From assembly GCA_016194335.1 (NCBI GenBank), contig JACQBR010000012.1, positions 5,448-69,447 on the forward strand: a stretch of DNA of 64,000 nt, written 5' to 3'. Below are positions 53,006-63,641 of the stretch, one piece after another. The notes under the pieces were generated by a model. The model searched no databases, was not told the DNA's origin, and saw only the letters and a list, made by a program, of their open reading frames with translations. The position numbers were made by a program, and so were the translations under genes. Numbering within the stretch: position 1 is the first letter of the stretch; each line of letters begins with the position of its first letter. Source of the DNA: Candidatus Micrarchaeota archaeon (GTDB lineage Archaea > Micrarchaeota > Micrarchaeia > Norongarragalinales > UBA97).

Positions 53006-56000
53006 TCAATCAACCTCATTCAAGATTATTTTTTCATCTTCCACGGAGATTCCATAGAGCTTAAAAACAAGCGAATCTATTCGCGATTCTGTTTTTTTAG
53101 TGTCAGCTCCAGCATCCCTCTTTTTAAGCTTAAGGATTTCTTTAACGGCATCTGAGATTTTATTTGCAATCGTAGCTTCTTCCTTATTTGTCGGGACCTT
53201 CATGGGAATTCTACTTAAAACTTTAGAGTTTAGTTGGAAATACCCCCCGCGCTTTTCAGGCGCAAGCCGTTTAACCGTAAAATTCACGAGTTTGGAATTT
53301 AGGACTCCAAGCGTAAAATAGTAGTCAAGCTTGGGCGAAACCCCAAAAACTCCCGCGGTCCCAAGTGCAAAGAGGACTTCCTTTTCGGCAGGAGCAAACC
53401 TTGCTTTGTTAGTCAATGCTGGCGTTACTATAAGCTTGTTTCTGGCTAAGTCGGCTTTGAAATACATATATGCAAACCAAGCGCCATGCAATTGTTCTGC
53501 AGTCTGTCCGTACCAAAGACGTTTCTCAAGAACCTGCTTTTTTCTAGAAAGATATTCGTACAGTTTAGGGGAGGCTGTCCGTAGCTCAATCTCGGTTGGC
53601 AGATAGTACCGGCCTTCCTTCCGGAAGTAGGGGAAAAGAGCTACGCGATCGCCGTATTCCACAAGATATCGCCTAACCTGCCTGCCCAACAAGAACGGCA
53701 CTACTTGATGATGCTCAGACTTCACACTTTCGGCCCGAAGATTTACTGTAGTAAAAATTTCGCCGTCATTAGTCCTCCGCCCCAAAAAGAGCCCATCGGA
53801 GCCCGTTTGGGCACCAGATATTATATCAGCCACTTCCCCAAGAGGCTTGCAATTGAAGAAATATTCCTCCAGCTTTGCTATTCGGGGATTTTCCAGCATC
53901 CATTCGGAGTTCCCTAATCTTTCTAGGTCCAGGGTGAAACGGTCGATATTTCTGTTGGAAACTCCGCCTATAATCTCATTCAAAGTGCCTGATTCAGGGG
54001 CATTGACGGAGATTATTTCAGTAGCTTGCAGCGATTCAGTAGCCAGGATTATTATCGTCGGGTAATTAGTAGCGTCTTCAAAAACTCCCGAGTCCTTGAA
54101 ATTGATTATCTGGCGGATATGCGAGTTCGAAATGATAAATTGCCGGAGTGCCCGTCCATAATCCCTTTTGAAGAACTGGTTGGAGCATATATAACCGAGC
54201 TTGCTGTTCTTATCCAAAAGTCTAATTCCCAATTCGATGAAAGGAACGTAAAGGTCATAATTGCCTTTGGCCGTTACATACGATTTCGAGTATGCCTCAC
54301 GGCTCCTCCGGTCCAATTGCTGGATTCTAACGTACGGCGGGTTTCCGACTACGAAGTCGTATTTCTTTTTTTTCAGTTCGTCGGTGGCTTCCTTGTCTTT
54401 CGCGAGGCTTTTTCCGGTCGAGCCGTAGAATTGCGGGAGGTTCGTCTGGTCCGCGGGCATTTCAAGCGAGTCCGTCTCGTAGACCTTGAAGCGGGGGACT
54501 TTGAAGCCCCTGTTTTCCTTCACTGCCTTGGAGTAGAGGTCAATCACTTGGAAAAGAAGGTTCATTTCCGTAATGCTCACTGCAAACGGGTTGATGTCAA
54601 AACCGTGGAGGTGCATTGCGACCGAACTCACGATTTCCTCGCACTCCTTGGGAGTGAGGCGCGAGTAAACGTCATGCCATTTGCTGTTGTCCAAAGCTTC
54701 CTTGGGAGTTGCCTTGCCGAACTTCACCGCCTGCCTCGCAATCAAGCGCCGCGCCGCCCGGACGAGAAAACCGCCCGAACCGCACGCCGGATCTATCAAG
54801 TCTTTTCCCTCAATCGCCTTTTGAGGGACGTACTCCACCGCATCTAGAATGTAGTCTATGACCTCCTCCGGAGTGTAGAACTCTCCCAGTCTCTTCCTCT
54901 CTTCCTTCGGCAAATACTTCTCGTAAAGCTTGCCGAGAATGTCGCGGTCTACCTTTGAGAAATTGAACTGGTTGAGGCTCCAGAGGACGCGATTGAGCAC
55001 TCGGTCAAGCTCGCCGTCGCCGCTCTCGTACCAATCAAGAGGGTTGTCCTTCTCGTAGAAGTGGTTGTAGATGCTCTTGGCCCCGCCGTATGAAAACTGG
55101 ACTATCTGCTTGAACACGCCGGTGTCGCCAAGGACGGGTTCGGCAAGCTGCTCGCGCAGGCGTTCAATCCCGCCGTTGGAAATCTTCTTCCCCAAAAGCC
55201 CCTTGTCCTCGCAAATCCTTATGAAAAGAAGCCGGTTCAGAAGCAGGTATATAGACTCCTTACAGAAGACTTGCTTGTTTTCCTCCTCTTTCTCATCGGG
55301 CCTGTTTGAAATGGCTTTCCAGATGAAGTAACCCGAAAAATCGGCGTATTTCTTGAATTTCCCCTCCGTCTTCAATTCGAAACGCGCAATGTCTGCCGCC
55401 TGCCTTGCGTTCTTGCCATTCATTCTCTTAAGCTGCTCAAGCTCGTCCTTCGTTTGCCTGTACTGCGCGTATCCCGCGTAATACTCGTCAAAGGCAGAGT
55501 AGGTGTATTGCTTGAGCAACTCGTTCGAAAGGTAATTGAGCTGCCCGAGCAATTTGCCAAATCCATCTCCTTCACAAACGTCTATCTTGGCGTAATACTG
55601 GTCAAAATGGGAATATTTCTCCCCGCTGCAAACCTGCTCTCTTGAAATGTTTCTTAAAAACAGGATTTGCCCAGTCTCCTGCGTCGTGAGCTTGCCTTCG
55701 CTCGCCCGCTTGGATTCGATTATGACCCTGATATTCAAGTCAACCTTAAGCTGGCGGGAGCCTTCCCGCACTTCCCAGAGTAGCATGCGATAGCCGTTGG
55801 CCAAACCTACGAAAAGAGTTGACGAATCCGCATATTTCCCCGCTTGGCCGCGCCATTTTTCGGCATCCAAATCCTCCTTGGGCCGCTTGGTTTCTATCAC
55901 GACAACACGCCTTCCATTCTCATCAAGAAGAGTGATGTCTGTCCTGCCCCGCTCGAAAATATATTCGTTGCCAGAGTAGCCAAGCACTTCCTTCACGAAA

Positions 56001-56116
56001 TGTTCCACAAAACGAGGGCTGAAATCATGCTCGAGAGTGTCGGGCGTTATCTCTGAATAGGTCTTCTTGAAAGCCTGCATGACCCTCTCGACAAAACTGA
56101 CTTCAGAATGAGCCAA
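53006..56116 (-). CDS. type IIG restriction endonuclease / N6-adenine DNA methyltransferase fusion (Eco57I/MmeI-like)
   Basis: N-terminal PD-(D/E)xK-like DITLLDENGRRVVVIETKRPKED, SAM motif DPACGSGGFL and catalytic VVGNPPYV. 1,036 aa with a TTG start and tttataaa about 35 nt upstream. Confidence 0.85.
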   Translation of the reverse strand: MAHSEVSFVERVMQAFKKTYSEITPDTLEHDFSPRFVEHFVKEVLGYSGNEYIFERGRTDITLLDENGRRVVVIETKRPKEDLDAEKWRGQAGKYADSSTLFVGLANGYRMLLWEVREGSRQLKVDLNIRVIIESKRASEGKLTTQETGQILFLRNISREQVCSGEKYSHFDQYYAKIDVCEGDGFGKLLGQLNYLSNELLKQYTYSAFDEYYAGYAQYRQTKDELEQLKRMNGKNARQAADIARFELKTEGKFKKYADFSGYFIWKAISNRPDEKEEENKQVFCKESIYLLLNRLLFIRICEDKGLLGKKISNGGIERLREQLAEPVLGDTGVFKQIVQFSYGGAKSIYNHFYEKDNPLDWYESGDGELDRVLNRVLWSLNQFNFSKVDRDILGKLYEKYLPKEERKRLGEFYTPEEVIDYILDAVEYVPQKAIEGKDLIDPACGSGGFLVRAARRLIARQAVKFGKATPKEALDNSKWHDVYSRLTPKECEEIVSSVAMHLHGFDINPFAVSITEMNLLFQVIDLYSKAVKENRGFKVPRFKVYETDSLEMPADQTNLPQFYGSTGKSLAKDKEATDELKKKKYDFVVGNPPYVRIQQLDRRSREAYSKSYVTAKGNYDLYVPFIELGIRLLDKNSKLGYICSNQFFKRDYGRALRQFIISNSHIRQIINFKDSGVFEDATNYPTIIILATESLQATEIISVNAPESGTLNEIIGGVSNRNIDRFTLDLERLGNSEWMLENPRIAKLEEYFFNCKPLGEVADIISGAQTGSDGLFLGRRTNDGEIFTTVNLRAESVKSEHHQVVPFLLGRQVRRYLVEYGDRVALFPYFRKEGRYYLPTEIELRTASPKLYEYLSRKKQVLEKRLWYGQTAEQLHGAWFAYMYFKADLARNKLIVTPALTNKARFAPAEKEVLFALGTAGVFGVSPKLDYYFTLGVLNSKLVNFTVKRLAPEKRGGYFQLNSKVLSRIPMKVPTNKEEATIANKISDAVKEILKLKKRDAGADTKKTESRIDSLVFKLYGISVEDEKIILNEVD

Positions 56117-56183
56117 CCCAAAATCCCCCAGTAGTGATAGAAACGCGTTTTTATAAATATAGTCAGAGTGGCTTGCCGGCCGT

Positions 56184-57683
56184 TCACTTGAAGTTCAGCA
56201 CGCTGATTTCGCCGGTCTTGCAGTGGTAGATGGGAAGCTGGCACGGCGTTGGGAGGTGCCCCTGCTTGAGCTGGTAGTCCGTGGTATCCTGCCAGGTGCC
56301 GCTGTTGATTATCGTCGTGCCGCGGTATGTGGCATAGCCGTTGTGGTGCACGTGGCCGAAGTGCATGATGTCGGGGACTTCGTTGATGAAGAGGTAGTCC
56401 TTGTGCTCGGGAACGATGGGGTTCTCGCCGTAGAGGGGGGAGAGGTGCCGGCGCCGCAGAAGTTCCACCCCCACTTTCTCGGGGTGGGTGGTCGAATCGC
56501 GCAGGCGGGGAATTGCCGAAGCCATCGAATAGTAGGAATCGCCGTGGAAGAGCATCGTCCTCAGGCCGTGCAGCTCGGCGATTGAAGGGTCGCCCGCAAA
56601 ATGAACGTTGGAATACCCGTCGAGATAGCGCGTGAACTCGCGGGGGAGGCGGGGGCGCGGCTGGGCGATCCTCACCGCGTCGTGGTTGCCGGGAATGACG
56701 ATAATCTCGATGTATTCGGGGATGTTCTTCACAAACTCGCTGAAAATCTCGTACTGCGTATAGACGTCCTTTGCCACGAGCTCCTTCTCCTGCGTGGGGT
56801 ACACGCCGATGCCGTCAACGACATCCCCGGCAATCGCGAGGTATTTCACCTTCCCCGCAATCTCCCTCCCCTCGCCCTCGCCGGAAAGGAACGACAGGAA
56901 TTTCGTGAACTGCTCGCGAAGGAAATAGCGGCTGCCTATCTGCAGGTCGCTCACCATAGCGATGGCCACGTCGTCTTGCGTCTTCCTCTTCTGCTTGAAC
57001 GGGATGTCTGGCCAGATTATTTCCTTCACGATGAACAGCCCGCCGTTGGAGAGGTAGCCGCTTAGCGTAATCACCTCGTCAAGCACAATGTCGGCGGCCA
57101 TTTCCCTCAATGCCGCTTCGGCGTCCTTGGGAACGAGGCACGGCTGGGTGCCCTCCTCGTCCTCCAGCTCGATGAGCGTGTGGCCGTTTTTAGTCACACG
57201 CTTGTCAAGGACGATTCCGACGATTGCGGCGTCCTTGCGCCCCGGCGTGGCGGCCTTTTGCAGCGAGCCCTTGAGCGCGGAACACTTGATGGGAGGGTTG
57301 GGCCGCTGGCGCATCAGGCTTGCCTCCCGCTCGAAACGGTCGCGGAAATACTCCACGAAATCCTCGACTTTTCCAGTGCAGTCGCTCTTGCCCGAAACGT
57401 CGGACTCCTCGTCCATTTTCACGCTTCCCACGATTTCCTTGGCGAATGGCTGGAACGCCGTCGTCCCCTTCACGACTGAAACCTGCATCGCCTTCTGCGC
57501 CTCGAAAATCTCCTCGGCAATTTCTTCAACGCGTTTTTTGGTGATGAATAATCCTCCCGGCGCTTCCACGGCCTTGCCTATAATCTCCCGGCAGTTCGTA
57601 TGCTCCACCACGTGGGAAAGCGCGTCCGGCGTGATGAGGAGCTTGCGCTCGCGCAAAACCGAGATGACCTCCTCACGATCCAT
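56184..57683 (-). CDS. polB: DNA polymerase D (II) small subunit DP1
   Basis: MDREEVISVLRERKLLITPDALSHVV N-terminus. Phosphoesterase motifs GDVVDGIGVY, IPGNHD and GHVHH. The 58-codon hydrophobic extension in the track ORF was rejected. Confidence 0.9.
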   Translation of the reverse strand: MDREEVISVLRERKLLITPDALSHVVEHTNCREIIGKAVEAPGGLFITKKRVEEIAEEIFEAQKAMQVSVVKGTTAFQPFAKEIVGSVKMDEESDVSGKSDCTGKVEDFVEYFRDRFEREASLMRQRPNPPIKCSALKGSLQKAATPGRKDAAIVGIVLDKRVTKNGHTLIELEDEEGTQPCLVPKDAEAALREMAADIVLDEVITLSGYLSNGGLFIVKEIIWPDIPFKQKRKTQDDVAIAMVSDLQIGSRYFLREQFTKFLSFLSGEGEGREIAGKVKYLAIAGDVVDGIGVYPTQEKELVAKDVYTQYEIFSEFVKNIPEYIEIIVIPGNHDAVRIAQPRPRLPREFTRYLDGYSNVHFAGDPSIAELHGLRTMLFHGDSYYSMASAIPRLRDSTTHPEKVGVELLRRRHLSPLYGENPIVPEHKDYLFINEVPDIMHFGHVHHNGYATYRGTTIINSGTWQDTTDYQLKQGHLPTPCQLPIYHCKTGEISVLNFK

Positions 57684-57857
57684 AAAACCCACGCTGCAAA
57701 ACGGCCTGGAAAGCCGATGAACGATAGAAGAGAGAAGCGAATGGTTAAAATGGCGCTGGGCGTGGGGGTTTCCAAACTGCAAATGAGAAGCCGCAACGGG
57801 AGAAAGAATCAGGAGAAACGGCAGGATGGAAAAGAAAAAAGCGGCCAAAGGAATCAT

Positions 57858-57896
57858 TTAAATAAATAAAAAAATAAAAAAATCGAAACGGGATTT
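57858..57896 (-). terminator. T-rich tract (gene strand) after amt
   Basis: The minus strand reads ...cgatttttttatttttttatttatttaa immediately after the amt stop. Confidence 0.4.
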
Positions 57897-59240
57897 TCAG
57901 TAATTATACCCCTCTTCCCCGTGCACGCTCACGTCGATTCCCGCCTTTTCCTCCTCGGCGGGGATGCGCAGGCCCATAAGCGCGTCGAGGACCTTGAGGA
58001 TGACGAAGGTCGCGGCGAATGCGTAAATGGCGCTTGCGGCAACTGCCACAATCTGGGGGAACATCTGGGAGGGATTGCCGAACAGGAGGCCGTTGGCCCC
58101 CGCGGCATTGATTGCCTTTTCCGCAAACACGCCGGTGAGAAGCGCCCCCACCATCCCGCCAACGCCGTGGCAGGCGAACACGTCGAGGGAATCGTCAATC
58201 GAGGTGTGCCTCGAGCGGATCACGAGCGCGACGTAAGTTGCAATGCCTCCAAGCACGCCAATTGCGATTGCCGACATGGGTCCGACGAAGCCCGAAGCGG
58301 GGGTGATTGCGACAAGGCCCGCCACTGCCCCCGTCGCCGCTGCAAGCGCGCTGGGCTTGCCGAAGTCCGCCCAGCTCAGAATCATCCAAACGAGCGCTGC
58401 CGCGGCTGCAGCGAGATTGGTGGCTGTAAACGCGCTTGCCGCAAGGCCGTTGGCGGCGAGTGCGCTGCCGGCGTTGAACCCGAACCACCCGAACCAAAGC
58501 AACGCCGCGCCCAGAAGCGTCATGGGGACGTTGTGCGCCCCGCCAGTTGCGCCCCGCTTGTAATCGTGCCTCTTGCCCACGACAATCGCCGCGGCAAGCG
58601 CCGAGAAACCCGCGCTCACGTGCACTACCGTGCCGCCCGCGAAATCAAGCGCGCCCATTGAATGCAGCCAGCCGCCCGCGCCCCACACCCAGTGCGCAAT
58701 CGGATCGTAGACGATGGTTGCCCACAGCGCGGTGAAGACCAGGAGCGTGCGGAATCGGATCCTGCTTGCAACCGCGCCGATGATGAGCGCGGGGGTGATT
58801 GCGGCAAACATCAGCTGGAAGAGCATGAAAACGGAGTGTGGAATCGTTGCGGCGTAATCGGCATTGGGCGCGGCGCCCACCCCGGAGAGCCCGAGGAAGT
58901 TGAGCCCGCCGATGATGCCCGAATAATCCCTGCCGAATGAAAGCGAATATCCGAGAATCACCCACTGGATTGAAACGAGCGCGAGAATCGCGATTGTCTG
59001 CTTGATGGTGGCGACCACGCTCTTGCGGCCCACCATCCCGCCGTAGAAAAGCCCCACTGCGGGAGTCATCAGCATCACAAGCGCGGCTGCGGTGAGGACC
59101 CAGGCGGTGTCGCCCGCGTTGAGGCCCGCAACATCCCTCTCGGCCGCAGCCTGCGTGCGGAAATAAAGGGCGCCCATTGAAAAAACAATCCCGATGACGA
59201 GAAGCATTGCAATCCAGGAATACAGCCGCGAGCTCAGCAT
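57897..59240 (-). CDS. amt: ammonium transporter Amt
   Basis: DFAGGTVVHVSAGFSALAAAIVVGKR signature and a polytopic sequence. ATG 59240 is preferred; the track ORF begins at TTG 59291. Confidence 0.95.
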   Translation of the reverse strand: MLSSRLYSWIAMLLVIGIVFSMGALYFRTQAAAERDVAGLNAGDTAWVLTAAALVMLMTPAVGLFYGGMVGRKSVVATIKQTIAILALVSIQWVILGYSLSFGRDYSGIIGGLNFLGLSGVGAAPNADYAATIPHSVFMLFQLMFAAITPALIIGAVASRIRFRTLLVFTALWATIVYDPIAHWVWGAGGWLHSMGALDFAGGTVVHVSAGFSALAAAIVVGKRHDYKRGATGGAHNVPMTLLGAALLWFGWFGFNAGSALAANGLAASAFTATNLAAAAAALVWMILSWADFGKPSALAAATGAVAGLVAITPASGFVGPMSAIAIGVLGGIATYVALVIRSRHTSIDDSLDVFACHGVGGMVGALLTGVFAEKAINAAGANGLLFGNPSQMFPQIVAVAASAIYAFAATFVILKVLDALMGLRIPAEEEKAGIDVSVHGEEGYNY

Positions 59241-59488
59241 TTTTCCAGCATCCCCCTCCACCACCTTTTTTGCCACTTTACAAAACTCCAACTCCGTTCA
59301 CTCCACCACAACAACCAGCCCCCTCCACCCGCCCATCTCAACAAAACTCCCACTCCGCCTGCCCCTTTCTACAAAATTCATCTCCTTTCACTCCCCTTTA
59401 CAACACTCCCCTCCCCTTGCTCCTGAAGCCCATTTGTTAAAACCCGGGAATTCATCGGCGCGAAAACGCAACCTCTTTCCCCGCGAAA

Positions 59489-59570
59489 TTTGCCTCGCTT
59501 GGGATTCCTTCACTCTTGCATCAAAACATTTCAGCCACTACGCCATACGGACTTTGCCTCGCTTGGGATT
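59489..59570. repeat. two exact 18-bp direct repeats tttgcctcgcttgggatt, 64 bp apart
   Basis: Located at 59489-59506 and 59553-59570 in the glnA-amt intergenic region. Confidence 0.8.
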
Positions 59571-59603
59571 GACTTGCTCTTTAGCTCCAGAACATCTGAA
59601 GTT

Positions 59604-60995
<1,392 letters not shown>

Positions 60996-61194
60996 GTTGC
61001 CGCTTACCTTCTCCAACCAGACCACCTCTGAAAGCAATGGCGGAAAGACTCCCACCTTCCCTACGGTTGTTATTGCTGAGGCAAAAACAATATTAACCTT
61101 TCTTTCGAAAAGATTATACAAATGTTTGGTTGTAAGCTGGAAAATCAAACAATAGTTTGGAAAACCTGAAAACGGCGAAAACCGCCAGCAATGC

Positions 61195-61306
61195 GGGGGG
61201 ATTTGGGACGATGGCAAAAGCTGAACGAATGTCAATCGGCAAAATGGGCGGGAGGGATTTGGGATGAGGGGAAAAACCGAACAAATGTCAATCGACGAGA
61301 CGGATG
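61195..61306 (+). repeat. tandem 56-bp duplication covering the lrp 5' end
   Basis: Unit 1 (61195-61250) and unit 2 (61251-61306) match at 38 of the first 46 positions. Each contains gatttggga and aatgtcaatcg. Confidence 0.75.
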
Positions 61307-61752
61307 GAAGGATTGTGCGGGAGCTTTCCCAAAACGGCCGCGACTCGTTCCGCACCATCGCCTCAAAGGTGGGCCTCTCCCCCGCAACGCTCATCGAGAG
61401 GGTGAAGCGGTTGGAGGGGGCGGGAATCGTCCTTGGCTACTCCGCGTGCATCAACCACTTCGAAATGGGATATTCCTTCGCGGCAATAATCGAGGTGACC
61501 ATCCGCAAGGGCGCGCTGCTGGAGGTGCAGAAGAGAATCGCGGCGCTTCCCGGTGTTGTGAGCGTCTACGACGTGACCGGGGAATACGATTCAATCGTCG
61601 TCGCGCGCGTAAAATCAAGGACGGAATTCTCGCGGCTGGTGAAGAGAATCCTCGCGCTCGAGCACGTGGAGAGGACCAACACGCACGTGGTGCTCAACGT
61701 GGTGAAGGAGAACGAGAGGATGATGCCGAACCCGATTTCGGCCCACGAATGA
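61285..61752 (+). CDS. lrp: Lrp/AsnC-family transcription regulator
   Basis: MSIDETDGRIVRELSQNGRDSFRTIASKVGLSPATLIERVKRLE (HTH) plus a C-terminal RAM/AsnC_trans_reg domain. ATG 61264 is the alternative start. Confidence 0.85.
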   Translation: MSIDETDGRIVRELSQNGRDSFRTIASKVGLSPATLIERVKRLEGAGIVLGYSACINHFEMGYSFAAIIEVTIRKGALLEVQKRIAALPGVVSVYDVTGEYDSIVVARVKSRTEFSRLVKRILALEHVERTNTHVVLNVVKENERMMPNPISAHE

Positions 61753-61828
61753 GGCGGATGGGGAGAGAGGGCGCACGGGGTGAAAGCGCGTTTCCTTGCG
61801 CGCCCCGCAAAAAGACAGGAGCGGAAAA

Positions 61829-62095
61829 CTACTCCTGCTCCCTTCCGGCATTGCCGTACTTGATTGCCTCGAGCTCGGAGAGGATGTTCCAAATCATCGT
61901 GCGCGCGTGCATGGGGAGGTTGATGTCGTTGCTCACCTCGTCAAGGGAGTAAATCGCTCCCGCGACCGCCTCGTTGGGATCGGGGTTTGCAAGCCTTTCC
62001 TTAGCGCGGCCGATTGCGGCCCTCACGTTCTTTGGCACGCTCGTGTCTTCAAGCAGCCCGTCGAGAAACGAGCCAATTTTCGACAAGTCAGCCAT
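61829..62095 (-). CDS. UPF0147 family protein (conserved archaeal)
   Basis: EDTSVPKNVRAAIGRAKERL...LDEVSNDINLPMHARTMIWNILSELE matches my memory of UPF0147. Confidence 0.75.
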   Translation of the reverse strand: MADLSKIGSFLDGLLEDTSVPKNVRAAIGRAKERLANPDPNEAVAGAIYSLDEVSNDINLPMHARTMIWNILSELEAIKYGNAGREQE

Positions 62096-62264
62096 ATCCG
62101 CATCAACCCCGTTGGGAAAGGAAAAACCCGTTCCAGCAAAACAAGAAAAACAAAACCGGCTTCAAACCAAAGTGCAAAACGAACAGACAAGTAGCTCTTA
62201 TGCCTCATTGGGCTTAAAATCGTTTCGCATCAAAGGGAGCGACGAGGGAATTGCCGCGCTGAAA

Positions 62265-62837
62265 CTATTTCTCCCACGGAAAGACGATGCGGCGTTCACC
62301 GGCCCTCATTTTGGCCCTCAACTCCTCAAACGCCGATTTGCTTTCCTCCTTCACCGCCTCGCGGTGCGCCACTATCATCCCCCTGAATTCGGCGTGAAGC
62401 TCCGGGGCGGACTTCATCCTCGGCTTCCCCTCCCGCCCCGAATGCCAGCCGATGCTTCCGCCGTGGGAGGAACGGCTCTTGAAAGCCGGCGTGAGGCGGA
62501 TCCTTTCGGCCAGCCTGAACAGTTGCTCTTGCGTGCCGTCGAAATACTTCAGCCGGTCAAGAATATCCAATTCCTCACCGGTGAGGGGAACTTTCACTTC
62601 TCCCTCGACCTCCATCAAAAAGCGCAGTTCCCTCAATGCGTCTTCCGCTGACGCCTCGATGACATTCTTGACGATGGGCTTGCCCTGCCGGTCAAGGACC
62701 ACCCCGCATTGCGGCTCGCCGTACTTCCTCCCCTTGGAATCGAGCAGCACGGGCCGGCCTCCCTTCCTGTCGGAAACCAGTTTTCCGTCAGGGCCGAATA
62801 CGGCCATCGAATAATCCAAGCGCCCGGGTTTTTCCAT
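62265..62837 (-). CDS. hypothetical protein
   Basis: 190-aa ORF with coding-like composition and no recognised motif. Confidence 0.5.
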   Translation of the reverse strand: MEKPGRLDYSMAVFGPDGKLVSDRKGGRPVLLDSKGRKYGEPQCGVVLDRQGKPIVKNVIEASAEDALRELRFLMEVEGEVKVPLTGEELDILDRLKYFDGTQEQLFRLAERIRLTPAFKSRSSHGGSIGWHSGREGKPRMKSAPELHAEFRGMIVAHREAVKEESKSAFEELRAKMRAGERRIVFPWEK

Positions 62838-63057
62838 TTTTATCCAATCCCTGAGGGGGCCATTGCAATAAAAGTTTTTTCAAACGCCCTTAAGCTCCTT
62901 CCTCGCGAGCATGAAGAGGTACTGCTCGCCCTCGTGCCAGAGGAACTCCGGCGGCTGGCCCGAAAGCATCGTGAGGCGCAAGTTCAGAAGCAAGCCAAAA
63001 CAACTCCCGAATACGGTGTTTGGGGGAGGGGGGGAAGCTGATAAAAAACGGGCGGAG

Positions 63058-63465
63058 CTATTTTCGGAGAAGGTATTCAAGCTCCGGCGTGGTGAGTTTG
63101 CTGCGAGTGGGCGGAACTTGGCAAATGGGGGGATTCGATTCCGGAATCGCGCCTGCCGCAGGCACGGATGGAATGGCTTCGGCTTGCCTTCCCTTCCCGT
63201 TCATCCTGGCAAAAGCGTCGTACTCCAGCCCGTAGGAAATGAGGGCGGCAAAGAAGAGGATGACGGCCGGGGCTAAGAGCAGCACGCGCACCTCCCGCCT
63301 CCCCTCCAGCGCCATGTCGGTGAGGAGCGTGAAGAGGGCGATGGAGGCGAAAAGGTGGGGCTTGAGCAGAAAGAAGGCTCCGCTGAACTTCACGGAGTTA
63401 TTCTGGGCGCCGGCGCTATTTGCGGCTTGTGCGCTTTCGGTAAGGGCGCGTAATTGCGTTGCCAA
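63058..63465 (-). CDS. hypothetical membrane protein
   Basis: Two hydrophobic segments (FFLLKPHLFASIALFTLL and VLLLAPAVILFFAALISYG). Confidence 0.4.
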   Translation of the reverse strand: MATQLRALTESAQAANSAGAQNNSVKFSGAFFLLKPHLFASIALFTLLTDMALEGRREVRVLLLAPAVILFFAALISYGLEYDAFARMNGKGRQAEAIPSVPAAGAIPESNPPICQVPPTRSKLTTPELEYLLRK

Positions 63466-63641
63466 TTCCCATGCTGTCGGGTATTTGCGGCTTGAGAGGG
63501 TAAGTATGGATATGGAGGGAGTATATACCCTGAAGGAAAGGAATATATTTTTTTAAGCGCAATAGTAACTTTGCCGTTGCAGCTGAATCCAGTTGTTGCC
63601 GAATCTGTTGCTGAATCGTTGTTGCCCAAGGTGCGAAAGTG

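Noticed and set aside
57684-57857. A 58-codon hydrophobic N-terminal extension of the PolD small subunit in the track ORF.
   Set aside because: Canonical DP1 N-termini look like MDREEVISVLRERKLLITPDAL, which begins at ATG 57683. A signal-peptide-like extension makes no sense for a replicative polymerase subunit.
56117-57896. A replication origin next to the polD-small gene, as in some Euryarchaeota.
   Set aside because: There is no cdc6/orc1 gene and no ORB-like repeated elements, and the only AT-rich stretches are short T/A runs flanking the gene.
60996-61394. A 133-codon N-terminal extension of glnA in the track ORF. Similar extensions occur for gene X (51526-51747), the ATPase (34336-34443) and amt (59241-59291).
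   Set aside because: The extensions lack family-typical sequence. They overlap neighbouring genes or promoter regions, and internal ATGs reproduce canonical N-termini.
62880-63080. A 66-aa ORF overlaps the end of 63058..63465.
   Set aside because: It has no motif and overlaps its neighbour by 23 nt. It may be spurious or the result of a frameshift, which cannot be decided from sequence alone.
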